From Nannocystales bacterium (GTDB taxonomy: Bacteria; Myxococcota_A; Polyangia; Nannocystales; Nannocystaceae): a DNA stretch of 64,000 nucleotides. The notes beneath the pieces are model-generated. The model did not search any database. It was given only the letters and a program-made list of their open reading frames with translations, and had not been told where the DNA came from. Where the stretch lies: the NCBI GenBank assembly GCA_050633305.1, contig JBOEGF010000018.1, positions 352,001 through 416,000 of the forward strand, read 5' to 3'. Each line of letters begins with the position of its first letter. Positions within the stretch are counted from its first letter, which is position 1. Of this stretch, positions 38,529-49,383 are shown piece after piece. Made by a program: the position numbers and the translations under genes.

Positions 38529-40706
38529 ATGCGCGCGTTTCGAGCTGTTCTGATCTGCTCCGTGTTGGCCACGGGCTGCGACTCCGCCAACAAGCCGGCC
38601 ACTGAGGCCAAGCCGACCCCGGCGGCGAAGGCCAAGACCCCCGCTGGCAAGCCTGGCGCCGACGCTCCGAAACCGGACGGTATCAAGGACGCGCCCGCCA
38701 AGCCGGATGCGGAGCAGCCCGCCGGGGAGGTGAAGGCGGACGAGTTCAAGTACTTCGCCGAGCAAGTCGCCGACCTCCGGATCCTGCGGTACCAGGTGCC
38801 GGGTTTCGAGGCGCTTCCGGTGAAGCAGAAGAAACTCGTCTACTTCTTGTCTCAGGCGGCGCTCGCCGGTCGCGACATCATCTGGGACCAGAAGTACCGC
38901 CACAACCTCGCCATCCGTCGGACGCTCGAGGCGGTCATGACGGGCAGCAAGACCGACAAGACCAGCGAAGACTGGAAGAAGCTGGTCGAGTACACGAAGC
39001 GGGTCTGGTTCAGCAACGGCATCCACCACCACTACTCGAACAAGAAAATGGTGCCGGAGTTCTCCAAGGAGTTCTTCGCCGAGGCCGTCAAGGCTGTCGA
39101 CAGCTCGTCTCTCCCGCTCGCCGAGGGCGAGGATGTCGATGCGCTGCTCGCCAAGCTCGAGCCCGTCATGTTTGACCCCAAAGTCGACGCCAAAGCGGTC
39201 AACCTCGATCCCAACGCGGATCTCGTCGCGTCATCGGCCACCAACTTCTACGGCCCGGACGTCACCCAGAAGGACGTGGAGAAGTTCTACGACAAGATGA
39301 AGGCTGCGGATCCGAAGCGGCCTGTTTCGCTGGGTCTCAACAGCCAGCTCGCCAAGGTCGATGGAAAGCTCGTCGAGCGCCCTTGGAAGGTCGATGGCAT
39401 GTACGGGCCCGCGATCAAGGAGATTGTCGGCTGGCTGAAGAAAGCCGTGGAGGTTGCCGAGAACGAGCCTCAGAAGAAGGCGCTCGAGGAGCTTGTCGCC
39501 TACTACGAGACCGGGGACCTCGCGACGTTCGATGCGTACTCGGTCGCTTGGGTCGCGGACACGGAGTCTCGCGTCGACGTCGTCAACGGGTTCATCGAGG
39601 TCTACGGAGACCCGATGGGCTACCGCGGTGCCTTCGAATCGGTGGTCAGCATCCGGGACCTCGAGGCGTCCAAGCGGATCGAGACCATCTCGAAATCGGC
39701 GCAGTGGTTCGAAGACAACTCCTCGATCCCCGACGAGTACAAGAAGGAGTCGGTCAAAGGGATCTCCGCCAAGGTCATCACCGTTGTGACCGAGGCGGGG
39801 GACGCCGCTCCGTCCACACCGATTGGAATCAACCTGCCCAACGCCAACTGGATTCGCGCCGAGCACGGCTCCAAGTCGGTCAACTTGGGCAACATCGTCC
39901 ACGCGTACGACAGCAGCAGCAAGTCCAGCGGGGTCCTGGAGGAGTTCTCGTTCTCGGATGAAGAAGTCGCCCGGACCAAGAAGTGGGGCAACTACGCCGA
40001 CACGCTTCACACCGACATGCACGAGGTCATCGGCCACGCTTCGGGCAAGATCAAGGAAGGCGTCGGAACTCCGAAAGAGACGCTCAAGAACTACAGCTCG
40101 ACTCTCGAGGAAGCGCGGGCGGACCTGGTGGCGCTGTACTTCCTGTTGGACCCCAAGCTCATCGAGATCGGTGTGATGGAGGATCTCGACACCGGGCGTG
40201 CGGCCTACGACGACTACATCCGCAACGGGTTGATGGTGCAGCTCTCGCGGCTCGAGCTCGGTGAACACCTCGAGGAGGCCCACATGCGCAACCGCCAGAT
40301 GATTGCGAAGTGGGTGTTCGAGAAGGGGAAGGCCGACAATGTCGTGGAGCAGAAGGAAAAGGACGGCAAGACGTACTTCGTCGTCAACGACTACGAGAAG
40401 CTGCGCGGACTCTTTGGTGAGCTTCTTTCCGAAGTCCAGCGGGTCAAGTCGGAGGGGGACTACAAAGCTGGCAAGGCGCTCGTCGAGACCTACGGCGTGA
40501 AGGTCGACGCCAAGATCCACGCAGAAGTGAAGAAGCGCTACGAGGCGCTGAAGATCGCGCCGTATGGCGGGTTCATTCAGCCGAAGCTGGTGCCGGTCAT
40601 GAACGGGGATGAGATCACCGACGTGAAGATCGAGTACCCCGACGACTTCACCACGCAGATGCTCGAGTACGCCGAGACGTACTCGTTCCTTCCAACGGTC
40701 AACTGA
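38529..40706 (+). CDS. Dipeptidyl-peptidase III (M49) lipoprotein
   Basis: HEVIGH (HExxGH), EEARAD, GINLPN, EEAHMRNR. Confidence 0.93.
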   Translation: MRAFRAVLICSVLATGCDSANKPATEAKPTPAAKAKTPAGKPGADAPKPDGIKDAPAKPDAEQPAGEVKADEFKYFAEQVADLRILRYQVPGFEALPVKQKKLVYFLSQAALAGRDIIWDQKYRHNLAIRRTLEAVMTGSKTDKTSEDWKKLVEYTKRVWFSNGIHHHYSNKKMVPEFSKEFFAEAVKAVDSSSLPLAEGEDVDALLAKLEPVMFDPKVDAKAVNLDPNADLVASSATNFYGPDVTQKDVEKFYDKMKAADPKRPVSLGLNSQLAKVDGKLVERPWKVDGMYGPAIKEIVGWLKKAVEVAENEPQKKALEELVAYYETGDLATFDAYSVAWVADTESRVDVVNGFIEVYGDPMGYRGAFESVVSIRDLEASKRIETISKSAQWFEDNSSIPDEYKKESVKGISAKVITVVTEAGDAAPSTPIGINLPNANWIRAEHGSKSVNLGNIVHAYDSSSKSSGVLEEFSFSDEEVARTKKWGNYADTLHTDMHEVIGHASGKIKEGVGTPKETLKNYSSTLEEARADLVALYFLLDPKLIEIGVMEDLDTGRAAYDDYIRNGLMVQLSRLELGEHLEEAHMRNRQMIAKWVFEKGKADNVVEQKEKDGKTYFVVNDYEKLRGLFGELLSEVQRVKSEGDYKAGKALVETYGVKVDAKIHAEVKKRYEALKIAPYGGFIQPKLVPVMNGDEITDVKIEYPDDFTTQMLEYAETYSFLPTVN

Positions 40707-40709
40707 TCG

Positions 40710-41711
40710 TCAGTACGTCAGGTGGAGCTCGCTGCAGCGCAGCTCCACCTGAATCACGAAGGAGTTGGTCCGTGTCCTCAGGCCCATGGCGACCGTTCCT
40801 GCCGGACACGTCAGGGGACCGAAGGTACCTCCGCCCCCCCCGCCTTGGAGCGTCTCGAACTCGACGTTGGGGCTGGGGTCGAGTTCGTACGCGCCGGGGT
40901 CACCGATCGTGTCGATGCTTGCGCACTGAATCTGCAGCCCGTCGATGACGGTGCCCGAGCCGCCCCGTACGCCGACGATGACCTCGTCGCCGCTACACTC
41001 CGTGCTCCACGCGCCGCCACCATTGAACCCCCCGTGTTCGGGCAGCTCTGTGGCGGGGCCGCCGGTCGCGAACTCGGGCGGGTCGGTGTTGGTCAGCGCG
41101 GCAGGCCGGCACACGCCCCCGATGACCCCGAGCCAAGGCTCAGAGGTCAGGTCGCCCTGCAGTCCGACGAGGACTTCACCCGCCGGGCACTCGTCGGAGT
41201 TGTTGTCGATGCCCGTGTTGTCGCTTCCGCCGCCGAGGCCACTGGTGACGATCGCGCCGTATCCGATCCCGGTGGGACCCTCGACGCAGTTGCTGGTACA
41301 GCCGTCGAGCTCGTCGTCGTTGCCATCGTCGCAGTCCTCGCCATCTTGGGTGCGACTGTCTCCGCAGGTGGTCGATGGGTCACCGGTGCTCGAGTCGTCG
41401 GTCGGGTCCGGCCCGCTCGAAGCGTTCCCCGTGGATTCGGCCGGGCCGGACGAGCCCTCGGAGGTCGTCCCGCGGCCAGTGGGGTCGACCGTGGTGTCCG
41501 CGTCCGTTGTGGACTCTGGCGCGCCGCTCGTGCCGCTGGCGCCGGAGGTGGGGCTCGTCTCGCTGTCGGCCCCTGTTGGCACCGGGGTCTGCTCGGTCTC
41601 GGCCGCCGAAGTGCCCTCGGTGTCCGCCTGTGGATCCTCATCCTCGGCAGCCACGAACGTGCTGCACCCTCCCAACACCATCACGGCCCCGAACAACGCA
41701 ACCCGATCCAC
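40710..41711 (-). CDS. Lipoprotein: Ser/Thr linker, Myxococcus Cys-rich repeat, beta-prism (jacalin/VMO-I-like) domain
   Basis: Lipobox LGGC; CGDSRTQDGEDCDDGN; three CPAG/CSG..V.G repeats. Confidence 0.75.
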   Translation of the reverse strand: MDRVALFGAVMVLGGCSTFVAAEDEDPQADTEGTSAAETEQTPVPTGADSETSPTSGASGTSGAPESTTDADTTVDPTGRGTTSEGSSGPAESTGNASSGPDPTDDSSTGDPSTTCGDSRTQDGEDCDDGNDDELDGCTSNCVEGPTGIGYGAIVTSGLGGGSDNTGIDNNSDECPAGEVLVGLQGDLTSEPWLGVIGGVCRPAALTNTDPPEFATGGPATELPEHGGFNGGGAWSTECSGDEVIVGVRGGSGTVIDGLQIQCASIDTIGDPGAYELDPSPNVEFETLQGGGGGGTFGPLTCPAGTVAMGLRTRTNSFVIQVELRCSELHLTY

Positions 41712-41759
41712 GGGTGCATTCTATCACGCTCGTCGCCCCCGAAAGGGGGGCAGGGTGGC

Positions 41760-44522
41760 TCAGGCCTCGGCGGACGGGGTTGGGATCGGCCCGGTTGGCA
41801 TCGGCGCGATGACGGTGTGTTCGACCTGCGGAACCGGGTCGTTGACCGTGCGGTACCGAGCCGTGCCGGCGTGGGGTCGATCGGCTTGCAACACCCAGAT
41901 GCCGTCGAGGTTCGCGAGCTGGATTCGGTCTCCATCTTCGGGGTCACCCTGGCCAACGAGGAGCCGACGCTCGTCCCGTTCGCCCTTGAGCTCAACCGCG
42001 ACGAGCACGCGCCCCTTGGCACGAAGCTGCATGGCGAGGTCGCTAAACAGGATCGAGCCCTCGCCGCCTTGGGAGTCGAGTCGTGTGAACGATTGGCCCC
42101 ACGGCGAGAGGAGTTCCCCGAAGATCGTCGTGAAACTCTGCACGATGATCGACTGGAACATGAAAAACGCCCGCATCTCATGCAGCGAGTACACAGCGAC
42201 GTTGTCCCGTCCCATCGCGCGGTAGCGACGGTCGAGACGGTGTGCGAGCTCGGCGTTGACGACCTCGGCGACGATCGTCTGTTCGGGGCGCTGAGCATCC
42301 CGGCCACCGATGTGCTCTTGGAGGTGCTCCAGCTTCATCAACGCGGTCGCAGTGGTCGCGTCGGATCCGTGGCGCTGCGATGAGGTGAGGATGACCGCGT
42401 CCATCTCTGGAGCGGTCCCGAAGTCCCGCGGCAGCCGCATGAGTTGGCGAGACGACGTCCAGTCGCCCACCTCGAACACCACGCGTCCAACGGCCCCGCC
42501 GCCTCCGTTCCCAGGGATGCATTGGAACTCGGCGTTGCTGCCCGCGAGGGGTTCGAAGGTCCCGCGCAGGCCTTCGAGGAGCCCGGTCCGCACGAGGTTG
42601 CTGTGGCCTTCCACGGCATCGATCGCCTCGGCCTTGGCGTCCTCGTTCTCGAGGAGCACCAGGACCTCTCCGCGCGGCTCGGCCGTCAGAATGGCCTCGA
42701 TGAGGTTGACCGTTGCGGGGCGAAACCCACAGATGAGGACCTTGCGCAGCGGGTTGGGCGTGTCCGGTTCGAACGAGGGCAGCTCGACCGTGCTGCCCGG
42801 GGTGGGGGTGCTGTGCATGCCACCGGTGCGCTGCTCATCGGCAAACTCGGCGGTGACCTGGTGGTTGGGCGCGAGTGCCACGAACCCGCACATTCGTTCG
42901 TCGGGGTGGAGCGCGCCGGCATCCGCGGCCGGGTTGAGCAACACCCGAGGCGGGGAGCCGGAACCTTCGGTGGCCATCAACGCCCCGATCGGGATGACGC
43001 GGCGTGCGGGAGAGCGTGGAAGCCCTTGCATCACCATGGACTCGAGGGCGTCGTGCGGCGGTGGGAGTTGAGGGGTGCCGCCGGGCATCTCCGAGTTGCG
43101 GTAGTCGTACATGTACAGCTCGTAGCCGGAGGAGGCGACGATGCTGGTGAACACCTCGGCAGCCCGTCGGCGACGAGCGACGGAAAAGGCAAACAGTGCG
43201 AGCAGACGCTCCGTGGGGACGATGCGAGCCTCGACTCGGCCCGATGCCCGGGCGATGGCCTTTTGGGCTGCGCCGATGTTGCTCTCATCGACGATCTCCG
43301 CGATCAGCTTGGTCCGGGCGTTTTCATCATCATCGATGACTTCGCGCAGCCTCTCGACGATCGTGATGAGGGTTCGGACGGTCTCGTCGTCCGGCGCATC
43401 GCTGTCCGCGTCTGCAAGCACCACTACGCGGCGCGCAAGTGGAACGTCGGCACGCGTCAGGAACGCCTCGTCATCTTCGTCGGAGTTCTCGCGGTAGATG
43501 ATGCGGGCGAACTCGGGGTCACGCAGGAAAGGTGGTGCCTCCGTGTCGCGGCCGACGACGACGAACTCCCGCTGTTGCCGCGCACGCCGCCGGAACTCTC
43601 GGAGGCCCCGAACGCTAAATAGGCGAGCTCCGGTGGGGACGAGCTTGCGGTACTCGCCGACAACCTCGTCCAGCAGGGCCCGCGTTGGGGTGGTGAGGTT
43701 GAGGAGGACCGTGTGGCCCTTGAGACCCGCCGAGCGGAGTTGGCTGAGTTCCATCAGTTCGGACACCGCGTCCGTGCCGATGCCGATGAGCACACTGATC
43801 AAGAACAGGCCGACGAAGGTCAGCCCGATACTGACGACGAGCGTGCCTGCGTCGTGGGGCGACCCGAGCATGTTGCCTGGGTCGCCGATCTGGCGCACGG
43901 CCCACCACATGCGCACCCAAAACTCGTGGTCGTGCGGGTCTCCGACGTTGCCATCGGCATCGAAGTCGTCCCCGACCGAGTCGGTGAGGTGGTTGAGAAG
44001 GACGGTGCCCGCAAACGACATGATGCAGACCGTCGCGAACACCAGGAACAGCTGCCGCGCGCGCTCCCGTCGTCGCAGCACGTTCCAGAGGTCGGCAACA
44101 AGCGGCGCCCAATAGCGCAACAACATGACGGTTCGGACCAGCCGGAAGAGGCGCAGCCATCGGGTTTGCGCGCTGGCCCAGGGGAGGAACGACAGGAGCG
44201 CGATGAAGTCGACGACCAGAAGAAACGCGTCGAGTCGTCTGGGGGCGACCCAACCGGCCGCGGCGGGGTCGTTGTGCTGCGCCCGGTATTCTCCCCGAAA
44301 CGCGAGAATCGATCGGCCGACGAACTCCGGAAGGAACGCGACGAGGAACAACAAGTGGACCCACGCTGTGTCGGCTCCTCCGAGTCCGACGGCGACCATT
44401 CGTTCGTGCGGGATGAGGCTGATGATGATCAGCAGGCTGAGGATCACGCGGGTCGCCAGGTGGTCGAGAATGAACTCGACCTGGCCGACCCAGCCGTCGC
44501 GGCGCGCGGTGTGGCGGGACAC
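41760..44522 (-). CDS. CASTOR/POLLUX(DMI1)-like ion channel with two RCK domains and an extra S1-S4-like N-terminus
   Basis: MWWAVRQIGDPGN pore; ISVLIGI; GHTVLLN and KVLICGF RCK starts; IVAEV; S4-like RWLRLFRLVR. Confidence 0.75.
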   Translation of the reverse strand: MSRHTARRDGWVGQVEFILDHLATRVILSLLIIISLIPHERMVAVGLGGADTAWVHLLFLVAFLPEFVGRSILAFRGEYRAQHNDPAAAGWVAPRRLDAFLLVVDFIALLSFLPWASAQTRWLRLFRLVRTVMLLRYWAPLVADLWNVLRRRERARQLFLVFATVCIMSFAGTVLLNHLTDSVGDDFDADGNVGDPHDHEFWVRMWWAVRQIGDPGNMLGSPHDAGTLVVSIGLTFVGLFLISVLIGIGTDAVSELMELSQLRSAGLKGHTVLLNLTTPTRALLDEVVGEYRKLVPTGARLFSVRGLREFRRRARQQREFVVVGRDTEAPPFLRDPEFARIIYRENSDEDDEAFLTRADVPLARRVVVLADADSDAPDDETVRTLITIVERLREVIDDDENARTKLIAEIVDESNIGAAQKAIARASGRVEARIVPTERLLALFAFSVARRRRAAEVFTSIVASSGYELYMYDYRNSEMPGGTPQLPPPHDALESMVMQGLPRSPARRVIPIGALMATEGSGSPPRVLLNPAADAGALHPDERMCGFVALAPNHQVTAEFADEQRTGGMHSTPTPGSTVELPSFEPDTPNPLRKVLICGFRPATVNLIEAILTAEPRGEVLVLLENEDAKAEAIDAVEGHSNLVRTGLLEGLRGTFEPLAGSNAEFQCIPGNGGGGAVGRVVFEVGDWTSSRQLMRLPRDFGTAPEMDAVILTSSQRHGSDATTATALMKLEHLQEHIGGRDAQRPEQTIVAEVVNAELAHRLDRRYRAMGRDNVAVYSLHEMRAFFMFQSIIVQSFTTIFGELLSPWGQSFTRLDSQGGEGSILFSDLAMQLRAKGRVLVAVELKGERDERRLLVGQGDPEDGDRIQLANLDGIWVLQADRPHAGTARYRTVNDPVPQVEHTVIAPMPTGPIPTPSAEA

Positions 44523-44613
44523 GGCGGGAGGATAACGCTACGGGCGGTCGCGACGCAGGAGGGTCCGCGTCATGCGCGCGACAGCCTCCGGACAGCCTGC
44601 TACAAGGGGGGCG

Positions 44614-46752
44614 GTGAGCTCCGCTTCGCACCTCTTCGCGCGTCAGGCCAACCTGGCTGCGGCACCGTTTCTACCCACCTCACGGGCAGAGATGGATGCG
44701 TTGGGCTGGGACGTGTGTGACGTGGTGCTGGTGACCGGGGACGCCTATGTCGACCACCCGAGCTTCGGGATGGCCATCGTGGGGCGCCTGCTCGAAGCGC
44801 AAGGCTTGCGCGTCGGCATCGTCGCCCAGCCTCGATGGCAGGACACCACCGACATCGCGGCGCTAGGAAAGCCGCGGCTGTTCTGGGGGGTGACGGGCGG
44901 GAACATGGACTCCATGGTCAACCGGTACACGTCGGACCGGAAGATCCGGCGCGATGACGCCTACTCGCCGGATGCGGCGGAGGGCCTCCGCCCGGACCGG
45001 TGCACGCTGGTGTATGCCCAGCGATGCCGCGAGGCGTTTCGAGATGTGCCGATCATCCTCGGAGGGATCGAGGCGAGCTTGCGTCGGATCGCGCACTACG
45101 ACTACTGGTCGGACAAGGTCCGGCGCTCGGTTCTCACCGATGCGAAAGCCGACCTGTTGATCTTTGGCAACGCCGAGCGAGCGCTCGTCGAAGTCGCGCG
45201 GCGGCTACGAGATGGTGAGACCATCGACTCCGTTCGCGACGTGCGAGGCACGGTGTTCATGCGGCGCGGATTGCCGGAGGGCTGGGCCGAGGTCGATTCA
45301 ACGGAGCTCGATGCACCGGGGCCTGTGGGGCCGAGCGTCGACCCCTACGCGAGCAAGTCCGAGACACCCAAGGCCGAGCTCGTTGGTATCCGGCGCCGCA
45401 CGAAGATCGCAGCGCAGCGACACGACCGGACCAAGACCGCGGTTCGCTTGCCCTCGTTTGAGGCGGTGCGGGATGACGCTGTGCTCTACGCCCATGCATC
45501 ACGCGTGCTGCACCTGGAGGCCAACCCCGGCAATGCCCGTGCCCTCGTTCAGGCGCATGGTGACCGGGACCTGTGGCTCAATCCGCCCCCGATCCCGCTG
45601 AGCACGGAGGAGATGGACGCCCTGTACGAGCTGCCGTTCGCGCGTGTGCCTCACCCCAAGTACGGAGACGCGAAGATCCCCGCGTACGAGATGATCCGCT
45701 TCTCGGTCACGATTCAGCGCGGGTGTTTTGGGGGGTGTTCCTTCTGTTCGATCACCGAACACGAAGGACGCGTCATCCAGAGCCGGTCCGAGGACTCGAT
45801 CATCCGCGAGGTCGAACGTGTGCGGGACATGACCCCGGGGTTAACCGGGACCATCTCCGACCTCGGGGGACCGACGGCGAACATGTACCGGTTGGCGTGC
45901 AAGTCCAAGGCGATCGAGGCGGCGTGTCGGAAACCCTCGTGCGTCTACCCGGGGGTCTGCTCGAACCTCGACACCAACCACGCGCCGTTGATCTCGCTGT
46001 ATCGAAAGGCGAGGGCATTGCCAGGCATCAAGCGGGTGATGATCGCCTCGGGTGTGCGCTACGACCTTGCGGTCGAGTCCCCGGAGTACGTGCAGGAGTT
46101 GGTCGAGCACCACGTCGGCGGGTACCTCAAGATCGCGCCCGAGCACGTTGCCGAAGGTCCGTTGTCCGCAATGATGAAGCCGGGGATCGGAACCTACGAG
46201 CGGTTCAAGACGATGTTCGACCGAGCGTCGAAGCGGGCGGGCAAGAAGCAGTTCCTGATCCCGTATTTCATCGCCGCCCATCCGGGGACCCGCGTTGAAG
46301 ACATGATCGAGCTGGCGGTTTGGCTCAAGAGCAACGGGTTCGAGGCGGATCAGGTGCAGACATTCCTGCCCTCACCGATGGCGAGTGCGACGGCGATGTA
46401 TCGAAGCGAGAAGGACTTGCTGCACGGTGTGAAGCGGGTCGGTGGGGATCTTCATGTCCCCAAGGGGCTGAAGATGCGACGGCTGCACAAGGCGTTCCTG
46501 CGCTACCACGATCCCGAAAACTGGCCGCTCCTCCGTGCGACACTACAGCGAATGGGGCGAGGGGAGCTGATCGGCAACGGTCCGGGAGCACTCATCCCAC
46601 GCACCCAACCTGCGACCGGAGCACGACGTCCGCGTCGAGGCGGTCCGCGTCCGGGCTCGGCGCTGACCCAGCACACCGGGTTGCCACCACGAAAAGATGG
46701 CTCGTCGAAGGCGGGCCGCAAACGCAAGCGGAAGACACGGGCCCCCAAGTAG
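44614..46752 (+). CDS. ygiQ: YgiQ/UPF0313 radical SAM protein
   Basis: [42 protein letters not shown]. Confidence 0.95.
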   Translation: MSSASHLFARQANLAAAPFLPTSRAEMDALGWDVCDVVLVTGDAYVDHPSFGMAIVGRLLEAQGLRVGIVAQPRWQDTTDIAALGKPRLFWGVTGGNMDSMVNRYTSDRKIRRDDAYSPDAAEGLRPDRCTLVYAQRCREAFRDVPIILGGIEASLRRIAHYDYWSDKVRRSVLTDAKADLLIFGNAERALVEVARRLRDGETIDSVRDVRGTVFMRRGLPEGWAEVDSTELDAPGPVGPSVDPYASKSETPKAELVGIRRRTKIAAQRHDRTKTAVRLPSFEAVRDDAVLYAHASRVLHLEANPGNARALVQAHGDRDLWLNPPPIPLSTEEMDALYELPFARVPHPKYGDAKIPAYEMIRFSVTIQRGCFGGCSFCSITEHEGRVIQSRSEDSIIREVERVRDMTPGLTGTISDLGGPTANMYRLACKSKAIEAACRKPSCVYPGVCSNLDTNHAPLISLYRKARALPGIKRVMIASGVRYDLAVESPEYVQELVEHHVGGYLKIAPEHVAEGPLSAMMKPGIGTYERFKTMFDRASKRAGKKQFLIPYFIAAHPGTRVEDMIELAVWLKSNGFEADQVQTFLPSPMASATAMYRSEKDLLHGVKRVGGDLHVPKGLKMRRLHKAFLRYHDPENWPLLRATLQRMGRGELIGNGPGALIPRTQPATGARRPRRGGPRPGSALTQHTGLPPRKDGSSKAGRKRKRKTRAPK

Positions 46753-46775
46753 CCCGCGCAACCGGGCGCGCCTCC

Positions 46776-48023
46776 TCAGATCTTTTCGCGGGAGCGGTAC
46801 TGCAGCAGGGTGTCCGTCATGGACGCATGCTGGATCCGTATCCAGTCCGCGGAGCGTGCCACGTCGCTGATTCGAACCTCGTCGATGCCGCCACGCAACC
46901 ATCGCCCGACGCGCATGGAGCCGTTGGTGTTGGACCCCGGCGTGTACAGGGTGTTGCCGCTCGTGATGAGATCGCCGTCGACGAACAACCGCATCTGCTC
47001 ACCGTCGTACGTGCCTGCGAGCATGGTCCAGCGTTCAGCCTCAAGAGGATCGGGTCCCAAGACGTTGTCGTGGAGTTCGTCGGTGAGCGATTGGGAGAGG
47101 TTGAAGAACGGGGATGCCGCGAACTCCGACAATGGCCCCACATGCCCTCGGACCGCGCTGAGTCGATAACCCGGGAGCTTGGCAATAAGCTCCCGATGCC
47201 GCGCGTCACTGTCGTTCCAGGGAAGAACCTCGGCGTGTTTGTTCTCGAGTTGGACCCACCCCAGCGTTGAGATCTCATCGTCGTCGTGGAGGTCGAGGCC
47301 GAGGTCCGAGGCTTCGAGCACCCCGTCCCCGAGCTTCCAGATATGCGTTCCCAGGACCCACTCCGTTTGGCCCTCCTGCGTATCGGCGTCGGCGACGAGT
47401 TCGATGCCGTTGGCCGAGTCCACGAAACTCAGTGGGCTCTCGTCACCGTTGTCGAAGTGAAACACTGCGACGTAGCCGGCGGACCAAACGGACCGGGTCG
47501 GGAGTCGTTCAGGGAGGTCGGGACACGTCGTGCCCATGATCGCCTCGAACTCGGTGGTCTTTTCCTCACCGAGTTCCTCGATCCGGACCCATGCGAAGCG
47601 CCCGATCCCTTCCAACTCGTAGGGGAGTCTGTCGTCGTGTTGGTAGAAGCGCAGGGTCCCGAGGTTCGGAACAGGGGCGAGTTGGGACGTTTCGACCCGT
47701 ACGGGGACCTCGCTGAGAACCGTGCCCGCGGGAAGCAGATCTTCGGTGCTGATGATGATCCGCGTTCGCCAGCAGTCGGGCTCGGTCTCGATTTCCGTCG
47801 TCGAGTCCCCAGTCGACGGGGACGAACTGGACGCGCCCTGGCTCTGGGACGCCGAAGCGCTGTGGGCCGATGTGGTGCCCTGGGTTGACCCCGAGTTTGT
47901 CGAGGTCGCAGGATTGAGTTCGGTGCCGGTTCCGAGATCGGCGTCCTCTTGGTAGGCCGCGTTCTCAGCCGTGCACGAGAGCGTGATGCTCGCGCTCAGG
48001 CCGAGTGCCGACAGGATTCGCAC
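46776..48023 (-). CDS. Lipoprotein with DUF2341-like and LamG/concanavalin-like domains
   Basis: Lipobox TLSC; LPYELE..AWVRI; VWSAGYVAVFHF; GTYDG..LFVDG; GGIDEVRISDVARSADWI. Confidence 0.8.
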   Translation of the reverse strand: MRILSALGLSASITLSCTAENAAYQEDADLGTGTELNPATSTNSGSTQGTTSAHSASASQSQGASSSSPSTGDSTTEIETEPDCWRTRIIISTEDLLPAGTVLSEVPVRVETSQLAPVPNLGTLRFYQHDDRLPYELEGIGRFAWVRIEELGEEKTTEFEAIMGTTCPDLPERLPTRSVWSAGYVAVFHFDNGDESPLSFVDSANGIELVADADTQEGQTEWVLGTHIWKLGDGVLEASDLGLDLHDDDEISTLGWVQLENKHAEVLPWNDSDARHRELIAKLPGYRLSAVRGHVGPLSEFAASPFFNLSQSLTDELHDNVLGPDPLEAERWTMLAGTYDGEQMRLFVDGDLITSGNTLYTPGSNTNGSMRVGRWLRGGIDEVRISDVARSADWIRIQHASMTDTLLQYRSREKI

Positions 48024-48074
48024 CGCAACATCGTACCAGCGGCGGCTGGGCCTCAGCCCCCTAGGCCTCCGCGC

Positions 48075-48560
48075 TCAGGGCTTCTCGTTGGCTTCGACGT
48101 CGATGACGTCCGGACTGGACTCCGCGTTCTCGGAGGCGTCGGACCAGGCCTGCGATGCCGCGGCGCCCACGAAGCCCGCGGGCGTCATCGGCTGAAGCTG
48201 AAACCGTTTTTCGACGTATCGGTTGAGTACGCCTGCCACCGCCCGGCGGGCGGGCGGGATGAGCATCGTGATGCCGAACATGTCGGTCAGCACGCCCGGC
48301 GTGACCAAGAAAATGCCGCCGACCAGGACAAGAAGCGAAGAGACGAGGCCCTCTTTAGGGAGCTCGCCCCTCTGTAGAGATGCTTGCCATTCGCCGAAGA
48401 CCCGGCCTCCTTCGCGCTTGGCCAGGGACGCGCCGAGGAGCCCTGTCGTGAGAACGATGGCGATGGTGGCGCCAGCGCCAAGCGCGCCGCCGAGCTGGAT
48501 CAGCAGGTACAGCTCCACGGCGGGGACCACCGTGAAGAGGAGGAACAGCTTGCCAAGCAC
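48075..48560 (-). CDS. fxsA: FxsA family membrane protein
   Basis: VPAVELYLLI...TGLLGASL...LVTPGVLTD. Confidence 0.9.
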   Translation of the reverse strand: MLGKLFLLFTVVPAVELYLLIQLGGALGAGATIAIVLTTGLLGASLAKREGGRVFGEWQASLQRGELPKEGLVSSLLVLVGGIFLVTPGVLTDMFGITMLIPPARRAVAGVLNRYVEKRFQLQPMTPAGFVGAAASQAWSDASENAESSPDVIDVEANEKP

Positions 48561-48607
48561 GACCCAGTCAACGTAGCAGCCGGGAGGCGCCTGCTGACGC
48601 GAAGGGG

Positions 48608-48650
48608 TTGACGGGTGGCACTCCTGATTTATAGTTGACCAGTCGTCTTG
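48608..48650 (+). promoter_or_regulatory. Sigma70 promoter TTGACG-N16-TATAGT with overlapping operator TTGACC-AGTC-GTCTTG (48635-48650)
   Basis: -35 at 48608-13, -10 at 48630-35; box resembles NemR-type TAGACC-N4-GGTCTA. Confidence 0.65.
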
Positions 48651-48684
48651 TCATGGAGTCTACCCAACCAGCCTGGAGGTCTGC

Positions 48685-49299
48685 ATGGGCCGCGTGAGTG
48701 ACGCCAGAGGCCGGATCCTCAAGGCGGCGGCCGAGCTCATCCACGACCGCGGTTACGCATCCGTCAGTGTGTCGGACATCTGCTCGGCCGCGGATCTGAA
48801 GAAGGGCAGCTTCTATCACTTCTTTCCCAGCAAGCTCGCGCTCGTGCTCGAGACGATCGACCAGCTCGCGGCCGGACAACGCGAAGGCGTTCAGGCCATG
48901 ATCGCGGGTTCCGGCAGTGCGCGCGAGAAGCTCACGCAGATGTTCGCCGCAGCCTCTGGGGGCAACAAGCAGTGCCAAAAAGACTGCGGATCCATCCGTG
49001 GCTGCCCAATTGGCAACCTGGCCCTGGAGATGGCGCACCGCGAGCCCGCGGTCGCCGAGAAACTCAAGCAGGTGTTCAACCAGTGGCGGGCCGGCGTCGA
49101 GAGCGTGCTGCAAGCTGGGGTTGCCGCCGGCGAGTTCGAAGTCGATGATCCGCGGGCCGTCGCCGAGAGTCTGATCGCGTTCGTGGAGGGCTCCATCCTG
49201 CTCGCCAAAGCGACCGGAGACACCGCCGTGTTCGACCGTCTGTCGAAAGGCGCGGAAGCGATCCTCAACGGCGCCGTTCGGACGACCGTCGCGTCGTGA
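48685..49299 (+). CDS. TetR family regulator, NemR/LmrA-like, Cys-rich
   Basis: GYASVSVSDICSAADLKKGSFYHFFPSK HTH; RGCPIGNLALE. Confidence 0.93.
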   Translation: MGRVSDARGRILKAAAELIHDRGYASVSVSDICSAADLKKGSFYHFFPSKLALVLETIDQLAAGQREGVQAMIAGSGSAREKLTQMFAAASGGNKQCQKDCGSIRGCPIGNLALEMAHREPAVAEKLKQVFNQWRAGVESVLQAGVAAGEFEVDDPRAVAESLIAFVEGSILLAKATGDTAVFDRLSKGAEAILNGAVRTTVAS

Positions 49300-49314
49300 T
49301 TCTTGTTTTCGAAT

Positions 49315-49330
49315 TAAACCGACCAGTCAA
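49315..49330. promoter_or_regulatory. Second operator copy TAAACC-GACC-AGTCAA upstream of ECF sigma
   Basis: Reverse complement agTTGACTGGTCGGTTT matches agTTGACCAGTCGTCTT upstream of tetR. Confidence 0.6.
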
Positions 49331-49383
49331 CTTGCCAAACGCCGAAGTGGATACAAGCTGGCTTCATCGAAAGGGGTTCGCCC

